Shown here one piece after another: positions 20,705 through 30,430 of a stretch of DNA of 64,000 nucleotides (within the stretch, counting starts at the first letter, position 1; every line of letters begins with the position of its first letter). The notes beneath the pieces were generated by a model. The model was not told where the DNA came from, did no database searches, and worked only from the letters and a program-made list of their open reading frames with translations. The position numbers were made by a program, and so were the translations under genes. Source of the DNA: Promethearchaeota archaeon (lineage in GTDB: Archaea; Asgardarchaeota; Hermodarchaeia; Hermodarchaeales; Hermodarchaeaceae); contig JBHLMG010000006.1 in NCBI GenBank assembly GCA_048938385.1, forward strand, positions 1-64,000, written 5' to 3'.

Positions 20705-21199
20705 TTGAAAGTAGGAGAAACGCTGGCACGAAGTAAAAACCGATTATCGAGGTACGGAATAAATTATCGTCATCAATTGGGCGATTACTATGATCTTTTT
20801 TTGTCTGAAGATGAAATTAAGCGTCTTCAAATTAACTCGCTCTTAGTGTTAACAGATAATCGCCCCCGCTCCTTGATCGCTATTGCCTATGCTCTTCGAT
20901 TTGCAAAAGCACTTAATGTAGACCTTTTAGGAATTACACGAGGTATACACCAAGACTTGCTTAAGGGCGAAACAAAGGATAATGACATCAATCTCGTTCT
21001 CTTGAAAACATTGAGCAAGGAACCCACAATAGAGTATGTTCTGGAGGTTATCCAAAAACACAAAGTCGGGTTAGTTATTGTACATAATTTGTATGCGCTC
21101 AAAGATGATCTATTGGATAGTTCACCTATCCCAGTCTTAGTTGTCAAAGCTGATCAATTTTTCAAAACTTCATTTTCTAGGGAAGAACGTGGAGGATAA
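20705..21199 (+). CDS. Universal stress protein (USP)-like protein
   Basis: LLVLTD...S..AIAYALRFAK ... GLVIV ... LLDSSPIPVLVVK USP pattern. Confidence 0.6.
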   Translation: MKVGETLARSKNRLSRYGINYRHQLGDYYDLFLSEDEIKRLQINSLLVLTDNRPRSLIAIAYALRFAKALNVDLLGITRGIHQDLLKGETKDNDINLVLLKTLSKEPTIEYVLEVIQKHKVGLVIVHNLYALKDDLLDSSPIPVLVVKADQFFKTSFSREERGG

Positions 21200-21238
21200 A
21201 ACGCCAACAGAAGTTACTGTCGTCAAATGGTGATTTAA

Positions 21239-22678
21239 TTGTCTGAGATGCCACGCCGCTTGAGCAGAGCCCAACTAAGAAGACTTTATGCACCGTTTCA
21301 ACGCTTCTTCCGCTTAGAAGCTTCGAGTAGCATCCTCCTGATTATCAGTATTACTGGAGCTTTAATTTGGGCTAATTCACTTTGGGGTTTCAGTTATTTT
21401 GCTTTGTGGGAAACGCCCCTGACGATTGCCATTGGATCATTCGTCATCTCTGAGCCGCTTCGCTGGTGGATTAATGAAGGGCTTATGGCGTTGTTTTTCT
21501 TTGTCGTTGGACTCGAGATAAAGCGAGCCGTTATTGTTGGTGAATTATCGCGCGTGCAGGATGCGCTGTTTCCAATTTTTGCAGCCTTGGGAGGTATGAT
21601 TGTACCTGCGATTTTTTTTACATTGATTAATTTTGGTTCAACGGGAGCTATTGGTTGGCCAGTTCCTATGGCAACCGATATAGCACTAGCCTTAGGTGTT
21701 CTAGCCCTTTTGGGGAGTAAAATACCATTATCATTGAAACTTTTTCTAAGCACCCTAGCTATTGCTGATGACATTGGATCTGTCATCATTATCGCTGGCT
21801 TCTATTCAGCGATTAGCCCTCTTTTCCCAGTGATTGTAGGAGCCTTACTCATTGTTGGCCTTGTATTGATAAATCGAATGGGGATTCAATCTACTATCCT
21901 TTATGCGACTTTAGCGTTGGGAGTTTGGTTATCATTCTTACTTTCTGGAATACATACCACCTTAGCTGGAATTTTAGTGGCTACAACAATTCCAGTCAAG
22001 GCACGGGTAAATACTGAAGATTTTTGCAGTAAGAGCCATGTCCTACTCAAGGATTTTGAGGATGCAAAGAAACCTGGCGAGAGCGTCCTTACTAATAAAA
22101 CGCAACGATCTGCTGTTTTGGGCCTCGAAGCCATTTGTAAAGATGTTCAGACACCCCTTCAAAGAATGGAGTACCTTTTACAGCCTTGGGTTGGATATGC
22201 CATCGTTCCCATCTTCGCTTTGGCAAACGCAGGCGTGTTATTAGCTTTTGATATCACTGTGATAGCTTCTGGAACTGTGGCATTAGGCGTCATAATAGGA
22301 TTAGTATTAGGAAAACAACTAGGCATAGTGGTATTTTCCTGGGCCAGCGTTCGAATGGGATTGGCGAATAAACCTAAGGATTTATCATGGCGTCAGATTC
22401 ATGCGGTGAGTTGTTTGGGCGGTATCGGATTTACTATGTCGCTTTTTATGGCGGATCTAACCTTCAGTGGGCATCCATTATTAGATATCTCAAAAATTGC
22501 TATTCTCCTTGCATCCTTAATTGCAGGTCTTCTGGGATTCTTCTTGTTGGGAGGAATGAAGATGACTTCAACGCTAGTACGCCAGAAATTCCTCCAGCTC
22601 AAAGTACGGTTGGGAAGCTCTAATGCACCAACCGAGTCACCAACTAAGACTGACACCGCGTCTATACAAGAAAAATGA
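21239..22678 (+). CDS. nhaA: Na+/H+ antiporter NhaA
   Basis: WINEGLMALFFFVVGLEIKR, GWPVPMATDIA, LAIADDIG, FALANAGV, GIGFTMSLF. Confidence 0.93.
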   Translation: MSEMPRRLSRAQLRRLYAPFQRFFRLEASSSILLIISITGALIWANSLWGFSYFALWETPLTIAIGSFVISEPLRWWINEGLMALFFFVVGLEIKRAVIVGELSRVQDALFPIFAALGGMIVPAIFFTLINFGSTGAIGWPVPMATDIALALGVLALLGSKIPLSLKLFLSTLAIADDIGSVIIIAGFYSAISPLFPVIVGALLIVGLVLINRMGIQSTILYATLALGVWLSFLLSGIHTTLAGILVATTIPVKARVNTEDFCSKSHVLLKDFEDAKKPGESVLTNKTQRSAVLGLEAICKDVQTPLQRMEYLLQPWVGYAIVPIFALANAGVLLAFDITVIASGTVALGVIIGLVLGKQLGIVVFSWASVRMGLANKPKDLSWRQIHAVSCLGGIGFTMSLFMADLTFSGHPLLDISKIAILLASLIAGLLGFFLLGGMKMTSTLVRQKFLQLKVRLGSSNAPTESPTKTDTASIQEK

Positions 22679-22770
22679 AAATTATTCTGAATCATTTCTG
22701 AGTTTGAAACCCTGACCGAAGTAATCCACCTATCTTGTTCTTCTCTGCACCGCAGAATTTTAATACCTAT

Positions 22771-23217
22771 TCACTGGGAGGACGGTTCACTGCGTGAGAT
22801 CCTTTGAATTGCTTCAGCTATCAGAAGAACCAGTGTGGTTACGACACTTGTTAGAAACCAGATAATGATACCCATTTCAAGCCGTAACTGGGCTAACTGG
22901 GCTGATACATCTATGGGAGAATAGATCGTCGAACTGAACACCCACCAACCACCCAGTCCACCTAACATGACTTGGTATATGTAGATGTTATTGGCTTCAT
23001 CGTGAAGCCCGACAACGGATAGAGGAAAACTTGTCTGAGCCCATAAAGTGTAGGTGTAGTCTCCCCATTGAAACTGGTCTATAAGCCAAAATGCGCTGAA
23101 ATATGCGGTTACTGCAGCTATGCCCAAGACCATGAGAAACACTGTAAATCGGAAGAGTGGTTTCTTGGACCGAAGTTTCAGCCAGATCAACAAACAAATC
23201 GTGAGTGTGATAAGCAT
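22771..23217 (-). CDS. Hypothetical membrane protein
   Basis: 148 aa with about 3 hydrophobic segments. Confidence 0.55.
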   Translation of the reverse strand: MLITLTICLLIWLKLRSKKPLFRFTVFLMVLGIAAVTAYFSAFWLIDQFQWGDYTYTLWAQTSFPLSVVGLHDEANNIYIYQVMLGGLGGWWVFSSTIYSPIDVSAQLAQLRLEMGIIIWFLTSVVTTLVLLIAEAIQRISRSEPSSQ

Positions 23218-23473
23218 CTACTTGTCTCCCTCTACTGGGTGAGTACTGGTATTCCCATTCAATCTCTAACACAAAGAGCTGTTATAACAGCAGTTTACGC
23301 ACAATCTCTCTCGTCATACATATTATATAATGCTCACAAATAAGACTAATTTTGATTTAACATTATGCAGATGTTTCTTGGTTTTCTAAGGGAAATGAAT
23401 AAAATCCTAGTTGGTTTGAGAAGTTTAATCCAGTACAATGAATGATGTATCTCGCATGTGGAGTTGGTGAAAA

Positions 23474-24511
23474 ATGACGCGGCTATTCCGGCGACGAACG
23501 AAGACTGTGGGGTTACCACCAGGCACACCAGTGTATGTTGGAGAAACTCGACCAAAGAAGACGCGAATTCGAATTATTAACTTCGATGAACAGGGTGTCG
23601 AAGAGCGCGTGATTGAAGAGGTGAACGAGTGTAGTGATTATACTGCAACACCAACGGTGTCATGGATTAAAGTTGAAGGTCTTGCCACGATTGACAAATT
23701 AACTGAGTTATGCCAGAACTACTCGTTACATCCCCTAGTTGTCGAAGATATTCTTAATACGACTATGCGTCCAAAAATTGAAGACTTTGGAGAATATGTG
23801 TTCATTCTGTTCAAAATTCTGAATTATTCAGTAGAAACAGGGGTCACTGTAAGTCAGGCTAGTATCATCCTTACAGCTGAGTTCGTGATATCATTTCAAG
23901 AGGGTGATGGAGATGTGTTTGCTCCGGTAATGAAACGAATTCGTGCCGGGAAAGGGATGATACGGGAAATGCAATCTGATTATCTCGTCTATTCATTATT
24001 AGATGTTGTTGTGGATCACTATTTCCAAGTCATCGAAAAAATTGAGAAGCATATCGAACAACTTGAAGACGAATTGATCGAGAACCCCACAAAAGAAAGC
24101 CTTCACATGATTCATTTACTCAAAGAGCGCGTCATCGCGTTACGTACAGCTATACGACCAATGCGAGAGGTAGCCATAAAACTCGAACGCGGAACCGTTT
24201 CGCTGATCGAAGAACCTGTGCGCGTGTATTTCCACGATATTAATGAGAACATCGTTCAAATCAGTGAATCGATCGAAACATTCCGAGATAAAGTTCCAGT
24301 GATGTTTGAAATCTACTATGCGAGTGTGAGTCACCGGACCAACGAAGTCATTAAGGTCCTGACTATCATCGCCACCATCTTTCTCCCCCTGTCACTCCTG
24401 GTATCCATCTTCGGAATCACCATCCCCATTTCTCCATTAATCGCCATCCCCATCACGATAGTGATATTGGTTGTAATGCTCCTCTACCTCAGACATAAAG
24501 ACTGGCTTTAA
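23474..24511 (+). CDS. corA: CorA-family divalent cation transporter, non-canonical (GMN replaced by GIT)
   Basis: GLPPGTPVYVG, LHPLVVEDILNT..RPKIED, DYLVYSLLD.VVDHY, NEVIKVLTIIATIFLP, terminal KDWL. Confidence 0.9.
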   Translation: MTRLFRRRTKTVGLPPGTPVYVGETRPKKTRIRIINFDEQGVEERVIEEVNECSDYTATPTVSWIKVEGLATIDKLTELCQNYSLHPLVVEDILNTTMRPKIEDFGEYVFILFKILNYSVETGVTVSQASIILTAEFVISFQEGDGDVFAPVMKRIRAGKGMIREMQSDYLVYSLLDVVVDHYFQVIEKIEKHIEQLEDELIENPTKESLHMIHLLKERVIALRTAIRPMREVAIKLERGTVSLIEEPVRVYFHDINENIVQISESIETFRDKVPVMFEIYYASVSHRTNEVIKVLTIIATIFLPLSLLVSIFGITIPISPLIAIPITIVILVVMLLYLRHKDWL

Positions 24512-24625
24512 AACACGATGAGCCAAACAATCAACACAAAGCACCCGAGGTACCAAGGCTATGTATTGTGTCCCGCCAAGTTGATTAAGCCAAAGGCAGG
24601 AGCGAGTAAAACAAGCTAGAAATGA

Positions 24626-25609
24626 CTAGCCCATCTTCGTGAGTTTTTGGATGAATGCCCAGTCCTTATCGACAAGCTGTTGAAAGTCCTCGATCCAATC
24701 GGCACGGCGTGTTGGACGGAACAAGTGACGGAACCGACCTTGGGGCTCTAACCATTCCTCAATCGGTTTCTTCTTCGCAGGATCCTTTACAAATCGCATA
24801 CTCGGCGCAGACATGGAGTAGGTTCTAGTTTTTCCTTCATACTCCCAGAGCGGATGGAAACAAGTTTCTACTGCAAGCTTCGCCATCTTCATTCCCAATT
24901 CTTCAGGATACCGCCAGTTTCGATGACACGGGGTCAATACATGAATCACGGCGGGACCTTGAGCTTGCATTCCCTTTCGAACCTTCATCATGAAATCGTG
25001 CCAATGGTACACAGAAGCCGTAGCACAATATTCAGGATCGTGCGCCGCATACACTAACGCAATTGGTTTCTTCCAATGTGGCTTCCCAGGTACAGCCTTC
25101 CCCACTTGACTCGTCGTAGTCCATGCATACTTAGGGGTGGCACCTGAACGCTGTATGCCTGTATTCTGGTAGGCTTGGTTGTCATAGATGATGTAGAGGA
25201 AGTTATGTCGACGTTCAATAGCACCGCTGGCAGCTTGGACTCCGATGTCAAATCCACTGCCATCTCCACTAAACACTAACATATCGGGGATATCCTCTTC
25301 GAGACCTTGGCGTTTGCGAGCTTTATAGGCAGCTTCGATGCCACTGGCATTGGCAGGAGCGTTTTCAAAGAGAGAGTGCATCCAAGGAACACGCCAGGCA
25401 GTGTAAGGGTAAATAGTAGATGCAACTTCAAGGCAGCCAGTGGCTTGGCTAACGATGGTGTTACGGGGGCGGGGGAGAGCATGCATGGTCATTCGAGCCA
25501 TGGAACCGGCAGGACAGCCTGCACAGAGGCGTTGGCCACTGGTGAAAAGTTCTTCTTGAGTAGCAACATCTTTGAGTCGAGGTCGCCACTCAGGGGTTTC
25601 TTGGGTCAT
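24626..25609 (-). CDS. porB: Pyruvate/2-ketoisovalerate:ferredoxin oxidoreductase beta subunit (TPP-binding)
   Basis: RLCAGCP, TGCLEV, GDGSGFDIG..YDNQAYQNTGIQRS, TPC. Confidence 0.92.
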   Translation of the reverse strand: MTQETPEWRPRLKDVATQEELFTSGQRLCAGCPAGSMARMTMHALPRPRNTIVSQATGCLEVASTIYPYTAWRVPWMHSLFENAPANASGIEAAYKARKRQGLEEDIPDMLVFSGDGSGFDIGVQAASGAIERRHNFLYIIYDNQAYQNTGIQRSGATPKYAWTTTSQVGKAVPGKPHWKKPIALVYAAHDPEYCATASVYHWHDFMMKVRKGMQAQGPAVIHVLTPCHRNWRYPEELGMKMAKLAVETCFHPLWEYEGKTRTYSMSAPSMRFVKDPAKKKPIEEWLEPQGRFRHLFRPTRRADWIEDFQQLVDKDWAFIQKLTKMG

Positions 25610-25627
25610 GGTTTTTCGCCTTTTAGG

Positions 25628-26863
25628 TTATTTCCTCACGGTGATGTATTTGATAGGGCGGCTTGGAGTTTTGCCCGTCTCCTTGATTTTGAGGAGTTCT
25701 TTGTAGATAGCGTGAAAGTGGTCAGGAGTGATATCCCGCCCTCCGAGTCCGCCATAATAGCCAAGGATATCTGGACGGGTGTCTTGATCATAGAGGGCAC
25801 TACGAATTTCGTTGAAGAGGGGGCCACCGAGGCTGCCCGTAGTGTGGGTGCGTTCGAAGATGCCGACAACAGGAACATTCGCTAGGAGTTGAGCGATTTT
25901 CTTATCGGGGAATGGGCGGAATGTACGCAGTTTGAGTAGCCCTACTTTTTTGCCTTGCGCTCGTAATTGTCGGGTAACAAAGCGGGCGGTGCCTGCAGAG
26001 CTACCGCTGGTGACGATGACGGCATCAGCGTCGTTGACTTTAAAGGATTGGAGATAGCCATCACCGTATTTACGCCCAGTGAGTTGAGCCCATTCATTGT
26101 TGATTTGGGTGATGACGGGGCGGGCTTTTTCCATAGCTTCGCTGTGTTGAAGCTTAGTTTCCATATAATAGTCAAAGAGTTGTAAGGGCCCGATGGTAAT
26201 GGGGGTTTTAGGATCAAGTTTGAGGGGGACCTTTTTTCCATCGATGGTCAGCATCATGGGTTGACGGCGTCCAACGAACTTGTGGGCATCATCTTCATCG
26301 AGGACATAAACATTTTCTAGCGTGTGGGTGAGGACAAAGCCATCGAGCATGGTCATGACAGGGAGTTGAACATCAGGGTGTTCGCCGATTCGGAAGGCTT
26401 GGAGGGTCGAATCGTAAGCTTCCTGGGAGTTCTCGCAATAAATCATGATCCACCCAGTGTCGCGTTGAGCCAAAGAGACGGTTTGATCACCGTGGATGTT
26501 GATTGGACCACTAGGTGAGCGATCAGCGACGGCCATGACAACGGGTTGGCGGATCGATGAAGTGAGAAAGATGACTTCATGCATGAGTTCAATACCGTTT
26601 GCAGCACTAGCAGTGAAGGTTCGAGCTCCTGCCGCTGCAGCCCCCAAGCATGCGCTAAGGGCGCTGTGTTCAGATTCAACTCGAACGAATTCAGTTTCAA
26701 CTTCGCCATCAGCAACAAATTCTGCGAACTTTTCGACGATAATTGTTTGTGGGGTAATTGGATAGGCAGCGCAGACATCGACGAGCGCGTGTTTTGCAGC
26801 ATAAGCGACGGCTTCGTCTCCGTTGATTCCCATCAAGATTTGTTTTGCAGGCATGTAGTTCAT
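25628..26863 (-). CDS. porA: Pyruvate/2-ketoisovalerate:ferredoxin oxidoreductase alpha subunit
   Basis: AAYPITPQT, VESEHSA, LRTFRPFP, YGGLGGRD. Confidence 0.92.
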   Translation of the reverse strand: MNYMPAKQILMGINGDEAVAYAAKHALVDVCAAYPITPQTIIVEKFAEFVADGEVETEFVRVESEHSALSACLGAAAAGARTFTASAANGIELMHEVIFLTSSIRQPVVMAVADRSPSGPINIHGDQTVSLAQRDTGWIMIYCENSQEAYDSTLQAFRIGEHPDVQLPVMTMLDGFVLTHTLENVYVLDEDDAHKFVGRRQPMMLTIDGKKVPLKLDPKTPITIGPLQLFDYYMETKLQHSEAMEKARPVITQINNEWAQLTGRKYGDGYLQSFKVNDADAVIVTSGSSAGTARFVTRQLRAQGKKVGLLKLRTFRPFPDKKIAQLLANVPVVGIFERTHTTGSLGGPLFNEIRSALYDQDTRPDILGYYGGLGGRDITPDHFHAIYKELLKIKETGKTPSRPIKYITVRK

Positions 26864-27132
26864 TCATCCTCCATTTCGATACATTTTACGGGGCATTCTT
26901 CAGCACATATGCCGCAACCTTTGCAGAAATTTAGATTGAAGTGAATGTCTTTACCATCCCAACTGATAGCGGTATCAGGGCAAAAGATCCAACAAGTGAG
27001 ACAGCGAGTACATTTTTCTTCGTCGCGAACTGGCCGTTTGTTGCGCCAGTCCCCGGTTTTGTAATCTGTTGCAGGTTTCCAAGCGACACCTGCAGCAGGA
27101 ATATCTTTGGAACCTGGGAGTTTCTTAGACAT
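26860..27132 (-). CDS. porD: POR/VOR delta subunit (2x[4Fe-4S] ferredoxin); start moved to MSKKLPG at 27132
   Basis: KTGDWR, CTRCLTCWIFCP, CKGCGICAEECP; ATG overlaps the end of the gamma gene. Confidence 0.9.
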   Translation of the reverse strand: MSKKLPGSKDIPAAGVAWKPATDYKTGDWRNKRPVRDEEKCTRCLTCWIFCPDTAISWDGKDIHFNLNFCKGCGICAEECPVKCIEMEDE

Positions 27133-27694
27133 GTTTTTGCACCTCATCAAAAGCGCGCTGGATGACGGTGACATTTCGGTCACCAATCCGATCTCCAAAC
27201 TGTTTCATCACTTCACCGAAGAGACTGTCGAGTTTAACAAGATTTGTTGCTCGAATCAATGCTCCGAGCATGGCTGTGTTAGCGATTGGGCGTCCAATGA
27301 TTTCTTTAGCAATGTCGGTGGCGGATAATGTCCACACTTCACCCTGAAAACCAAGAGTTTTAGCCACGGTGCCCCCATCGTCTCGAGTATTCACAATAAG
27401 CTTGGTTTTTTTATTTGTGCCAGCGATGATGGTTTCGGGTACTTGGGTTATGAGCGTGGGGTCAATGACAACGACATAGCTAGGCTCGTAGACCTTGCTG
27501 TGCAATTCAATTTCTCGATCGCTGATGCGAGCGAAGGCCTCAACAGGGGCACCACTACGTTCAGGACCAAAGAAAGGGAAGGATTGGGCATGTTTACCTT
27601 CGTTTATCGCCGCGCGTGCAAGAAGAATCGAGGCGGTCCACGCGCCTTGCCCACCACGACCATGGAAGCGTAAATCAGTAATGGAGTCGGTCAT
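27125..27694 (-). CDS. porC: POR/VOR gamma subunit
   Basis: RFHGRGGQG, FPFFGPERSGAP, NTAMLGA. Confidence 0.92.
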   Translation of the reverse strand: MTDSITDLRFHGRGGQGAWTASILLARAAINEGKHAQSFPFFGPERSGAPVEAFARISDREIELHSKVYEPSYVVVIDPTLITQVPETIIAGTNKKTKLIVNTRDDGGTVAKTLGFQGEVWTLSATDIAKEIIGRPIANTAMLGALIRATNLVKLDSLFGEVMKQFGDRIGDRNVTVIQRAFDEVQKHV

Positions 27695-27969
27695 AGATAA
27701 ACCACCTGAATAGGCATTTTATGCGGATTCGGATTCGATGGGGAGCTTCAAGTCTTTTATGCTTATTGCTCTTTAAGCAAAATTGTATTTTCGGATTTTG
27801 AGAGGATTTTCATCATACGAGGAAGGGACAGCTAGAGGACTGCTGGGTTTTTGCCACCGAAAGGTTTAGAAGCGCCTAAGCTGTTGTAGAAGCTGTCTGA
27901 TAGGATAAAACGCCTACCAAGAAGCTGCTAACAGCATTCCACGCCGTCCTAGTGCTTAGGTGACCAGTA

Positions 27970-28854
27970 GTGTACATGAAATATCAGGACCGTTTTGAAC
28001 AATTGGAGGAGTTGGGAAACCCTACAATGGGTCGATTCATGCTCTCAAAGGTCCTGACTCAGATGGTAACCACATGTAAAAACTGCCAACGCGACCGCAT
28101 GAGGTGCACAATTCAACCACTATGTCCAGATCGTGTGTTTCTAAACATCCTCATTGCCCTGGGTGCACGAGTTTCCGATCTTCCCCCCTTCTGTTATCAA
28201 GTTCATCTTCGCACCCTACAGTCTTATCTTCAATCTGGCGCGAAACGAGAACACCCTCAAGAACCCCGGTACCCATTGCGACACTTTCGCCGATACATTC
28301 AACTTAAGAAAGATGACCTAGAAGCGAATTTTGATGCGTTTCAGAAATACTTAGAAACGGCCACGAAACAGAAGGTTCACGGCTATGCCATTGACAACAC
28401 TTGGTATTTTGGAGTGGGCACCGGAATTTTCATTGTTAATGTGCGACATGGCCTAGTAAGCCTTAACCCAGATGGTGATATCATTCGCCCTAAAGCTATA
28501 GAACCCCTTCTAACCTTCCTAACCGAAATGCACCAACTTAAAGGCGATCTCCTCAAAGATATGCAGGATACTTGGTACTTTCAGATTTTCATTCCCAAGA
28601 TGTCTAAAGAAGAATTTAATGACAAGATTCAACCCAAATTGAAAGAACTCGAACAGTACTGGGCTTTCGTCCGAGCCACCGAACTAGATAAGGAGACCCA
28701 GATACTAGTAAGTCTCGATCCTGCCCCTGGTAAAGCGATTCGGCTTCAAGGATTACGTGAAACCGTTCAAGTGCTTGCAGATATTTCGAAGACATCAGGT
28801 GTAGATCGCAAGCCAGCATCGACTAAGGTTGAAAAGCCTACTGTAACCACATAA
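27970..28854 (+). CDS. Hypothetical protein with N-terminal Cys cluster (possible Zn or Fe-S site)
   Basis: CKNC-x6-C-x5-C and a later PFCY; divergent from the por operon. Confidence 0.7.
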   Translation: MYMKYQDRFEQLEELGNPTMGRFMLSKVLTQMVTTCKNCQRDRMRCTIQPLCPDRVFLNILIALGARVSDLPPFCYQVHLRTLQSYLQSGAKREHPQEPRYPLRHFRRYIQLKKDDLEANFDAFQKYLETATKQKVHGYAIDNTWYFGVGTGIFIVNVRHGLVSLNPDGDIIRPKAIEPLLTFLTEMHQLKGDLLKDMQDTWYFQIFIPKMSKEEFNDKIQPKLKELEQYWAFVRATELDKETQILVSLDPAPGKAIRLQGLRETVQVLADISKTSGVDRKPASTKVEKPTVTT

Positions 28855-28857
28855 GGT

Positions 28858-29529
28858 TTAGTAGTCCATGTCGGGTTTTTCAGGTTCTTCTTCGCCTTCG
28901 AACCGGCTCCCTAAACGTTTACCAAATTTGTCAATACCCCGTTTTGCCGATTTCTGAATTGACTTGGCCAAATCGTAGGTAAAGGATAGAACAAAGAACA
29001 GAACGAGCCCAACGGCTAAGTTTTGAAATAGGGGTTGAAGGACGGGAATGGCGAACTGACCAGGTTGGAAAATGGGAGTGATAAGAATGTACACAACGAG
29101 GGTGAAGAAGATGTAAATAATATCCAGAGGGATTCGGCGTGGGTGTTCACGGTCGGTTGAGCGCATACCAGGAAGCCTGCTCATGATATAATCAACCAAG
29201 GCATCGGCAGATTTGGCTAGTTGTAATAGGGATTCAATCCCAAACAAAAGGATCACTAGCAATAATCCTATCCGGATGAGGGAATAACCCGTCAAGATAA
29301 TGACGCCGGAAGGAACCACAAGAGTCTGCAGAACTAGCAAAGGATAACCATCTAGATTAACAAAGAGTGGAATAGCGAAGATGTAAAACAAACCTAAGCC
29401 AACGACAATAAGTCCATTAATAATGAATTTGGGAAAGGATGTTGCCAGTTGTTTTGCGACTGCGCGCTTCTCTTCCTTCTTCTTTTCTTCTTCAAGCTCG
29501 GCTCCTTCTTCTTCGGACATGGATTTCAA
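28858..29529 (-). CDS. Hypothetical membrane protein (about 4 TM)
   Basis: Charged termini and four hydrophobic segments. Confidence 0.7.
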   Translation of the reverse strand: MKSMSEEEGAELEEEKKKEEKRAVAKQLATSFPKFIINGLIVVGLGLFYIFAIPLFVNLDGYPLLVLQTLVVPSGVIILTGYSLIRIGLLLVILLFGIESLLQLAKSADALVDYIMSRLPGMRSTDREHPRRIPLDIIYIFFTLVVYILITPIFQPGQFAIPVLQPLFQNLAVGLVLFFVLSFTYDLAKSIQKSAKRGIDKFGKRLGSRFEGEEEPEKPDMDY

Positions 29530-29611
29530 CCTCTTGGTTCAGTGTGGGTTAACAATAAATCTTCAAAGCTAAAAGCCTAGCTCCTCGCAAAAAATGTGGA
29601 AGCACCAACCA

Positions 29612-30292
29612 TTATTTCTTTTCTTCGACCTTTCCAGTCTTGAGATCGATTTGGAGCTTTCGGGATCCCTTTTGTCTTGGAATATTTACGAGGAGTTGGT
29701 CTTCGTTTTGTTCCACTTCTACCCAACGAATCCATTTTCCCGTTTTATCATCAAACTGATGCGTTTCGGCATCCTTCACCTTAGTAAGGAAATCTTTCAA
29801 TTCTTGCAGAGTTAGGAATGTATATTCTCCCTTATCGCTGACTGCCTTGTAGGGTCGAAGAGCGTGAGTATCAGCGACTGCTTCTCCTCCGCGAGCAGGA
29901 TAATCGAGATCGTGAAGTGTTACTACACGATTGCGCTCAGGAAACTCAAGACTACAGGTAAGCCGGAGCCGCCCAGCATCACCAAAACCCGCTTTACCTG
30001 CAAGATTTCGGCAGATCTGAAGAATGTTCGAAGCTTCGACCTTGCCATAACGAAGCCACAGATTAGCGGAATTATTGATTCCTATTCCCTGCTCGCCCCA
30101 GACAACGACAACACGCCCGCGTGGTTGGCTAAAGCCCTCGCTGAGAATAGCGTTCACAGTCTTATCAAAATCCACATCATCATTCTCTTCTGAGACACGG
30201 ACATGGATTGTTGCAGAAATAACTTGACCACCAGCGCTTTTCGCTCCACGAATCATTTCCCAAGCTTTTTCTTGCTCAATGATCTGCTTCAC
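29612..30292 (-). CDS. Hypothetical soluble protein
   Basis: 226-aa ORF with protein-like composition; no motif recognised. Confidence 0.65.
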   Translation of the reverse strand: MKQIIEQEKAWEMIRGAKSAGGQVISATIHVRVSEENDDVDFDKTVNAILSEGFSQPRGRVVVVWGEQGIGINNSANLWLRYGKVEASNILQICRNLAGKAGFGDAGRLRLTCSLEFPERNRVVTLHDLDYPARGGEAVADTHALRPYKAVSDKGEYTFLTLQELKDFLTKVKDAETHQFDDKTGKWIRWVEVEQNEDQLLVNIPRQKGSRKLQIDLKTGKVEEKK

Positions 30293-30430
30293 AGTAACTA
30301 TCCCCGTCTGGGCTTACATAAAGGACATCCGCTTAAACTTTCCGTTCGAGAAACAAAACAATTAAGGGATTGAAAGGATGATTGGGAAAATCATAATACC
30401 AATTTTTACCATTAAAAACCATGAGATTAG

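Noticed and set aside
25307-25885. Long antisense or alternate-frame ORFs (for example 25307..25885, 59998..60525, 56973..57446, 40920..41375)
   Set aside because: They are shadows of well-supported genes and carry no motifs.
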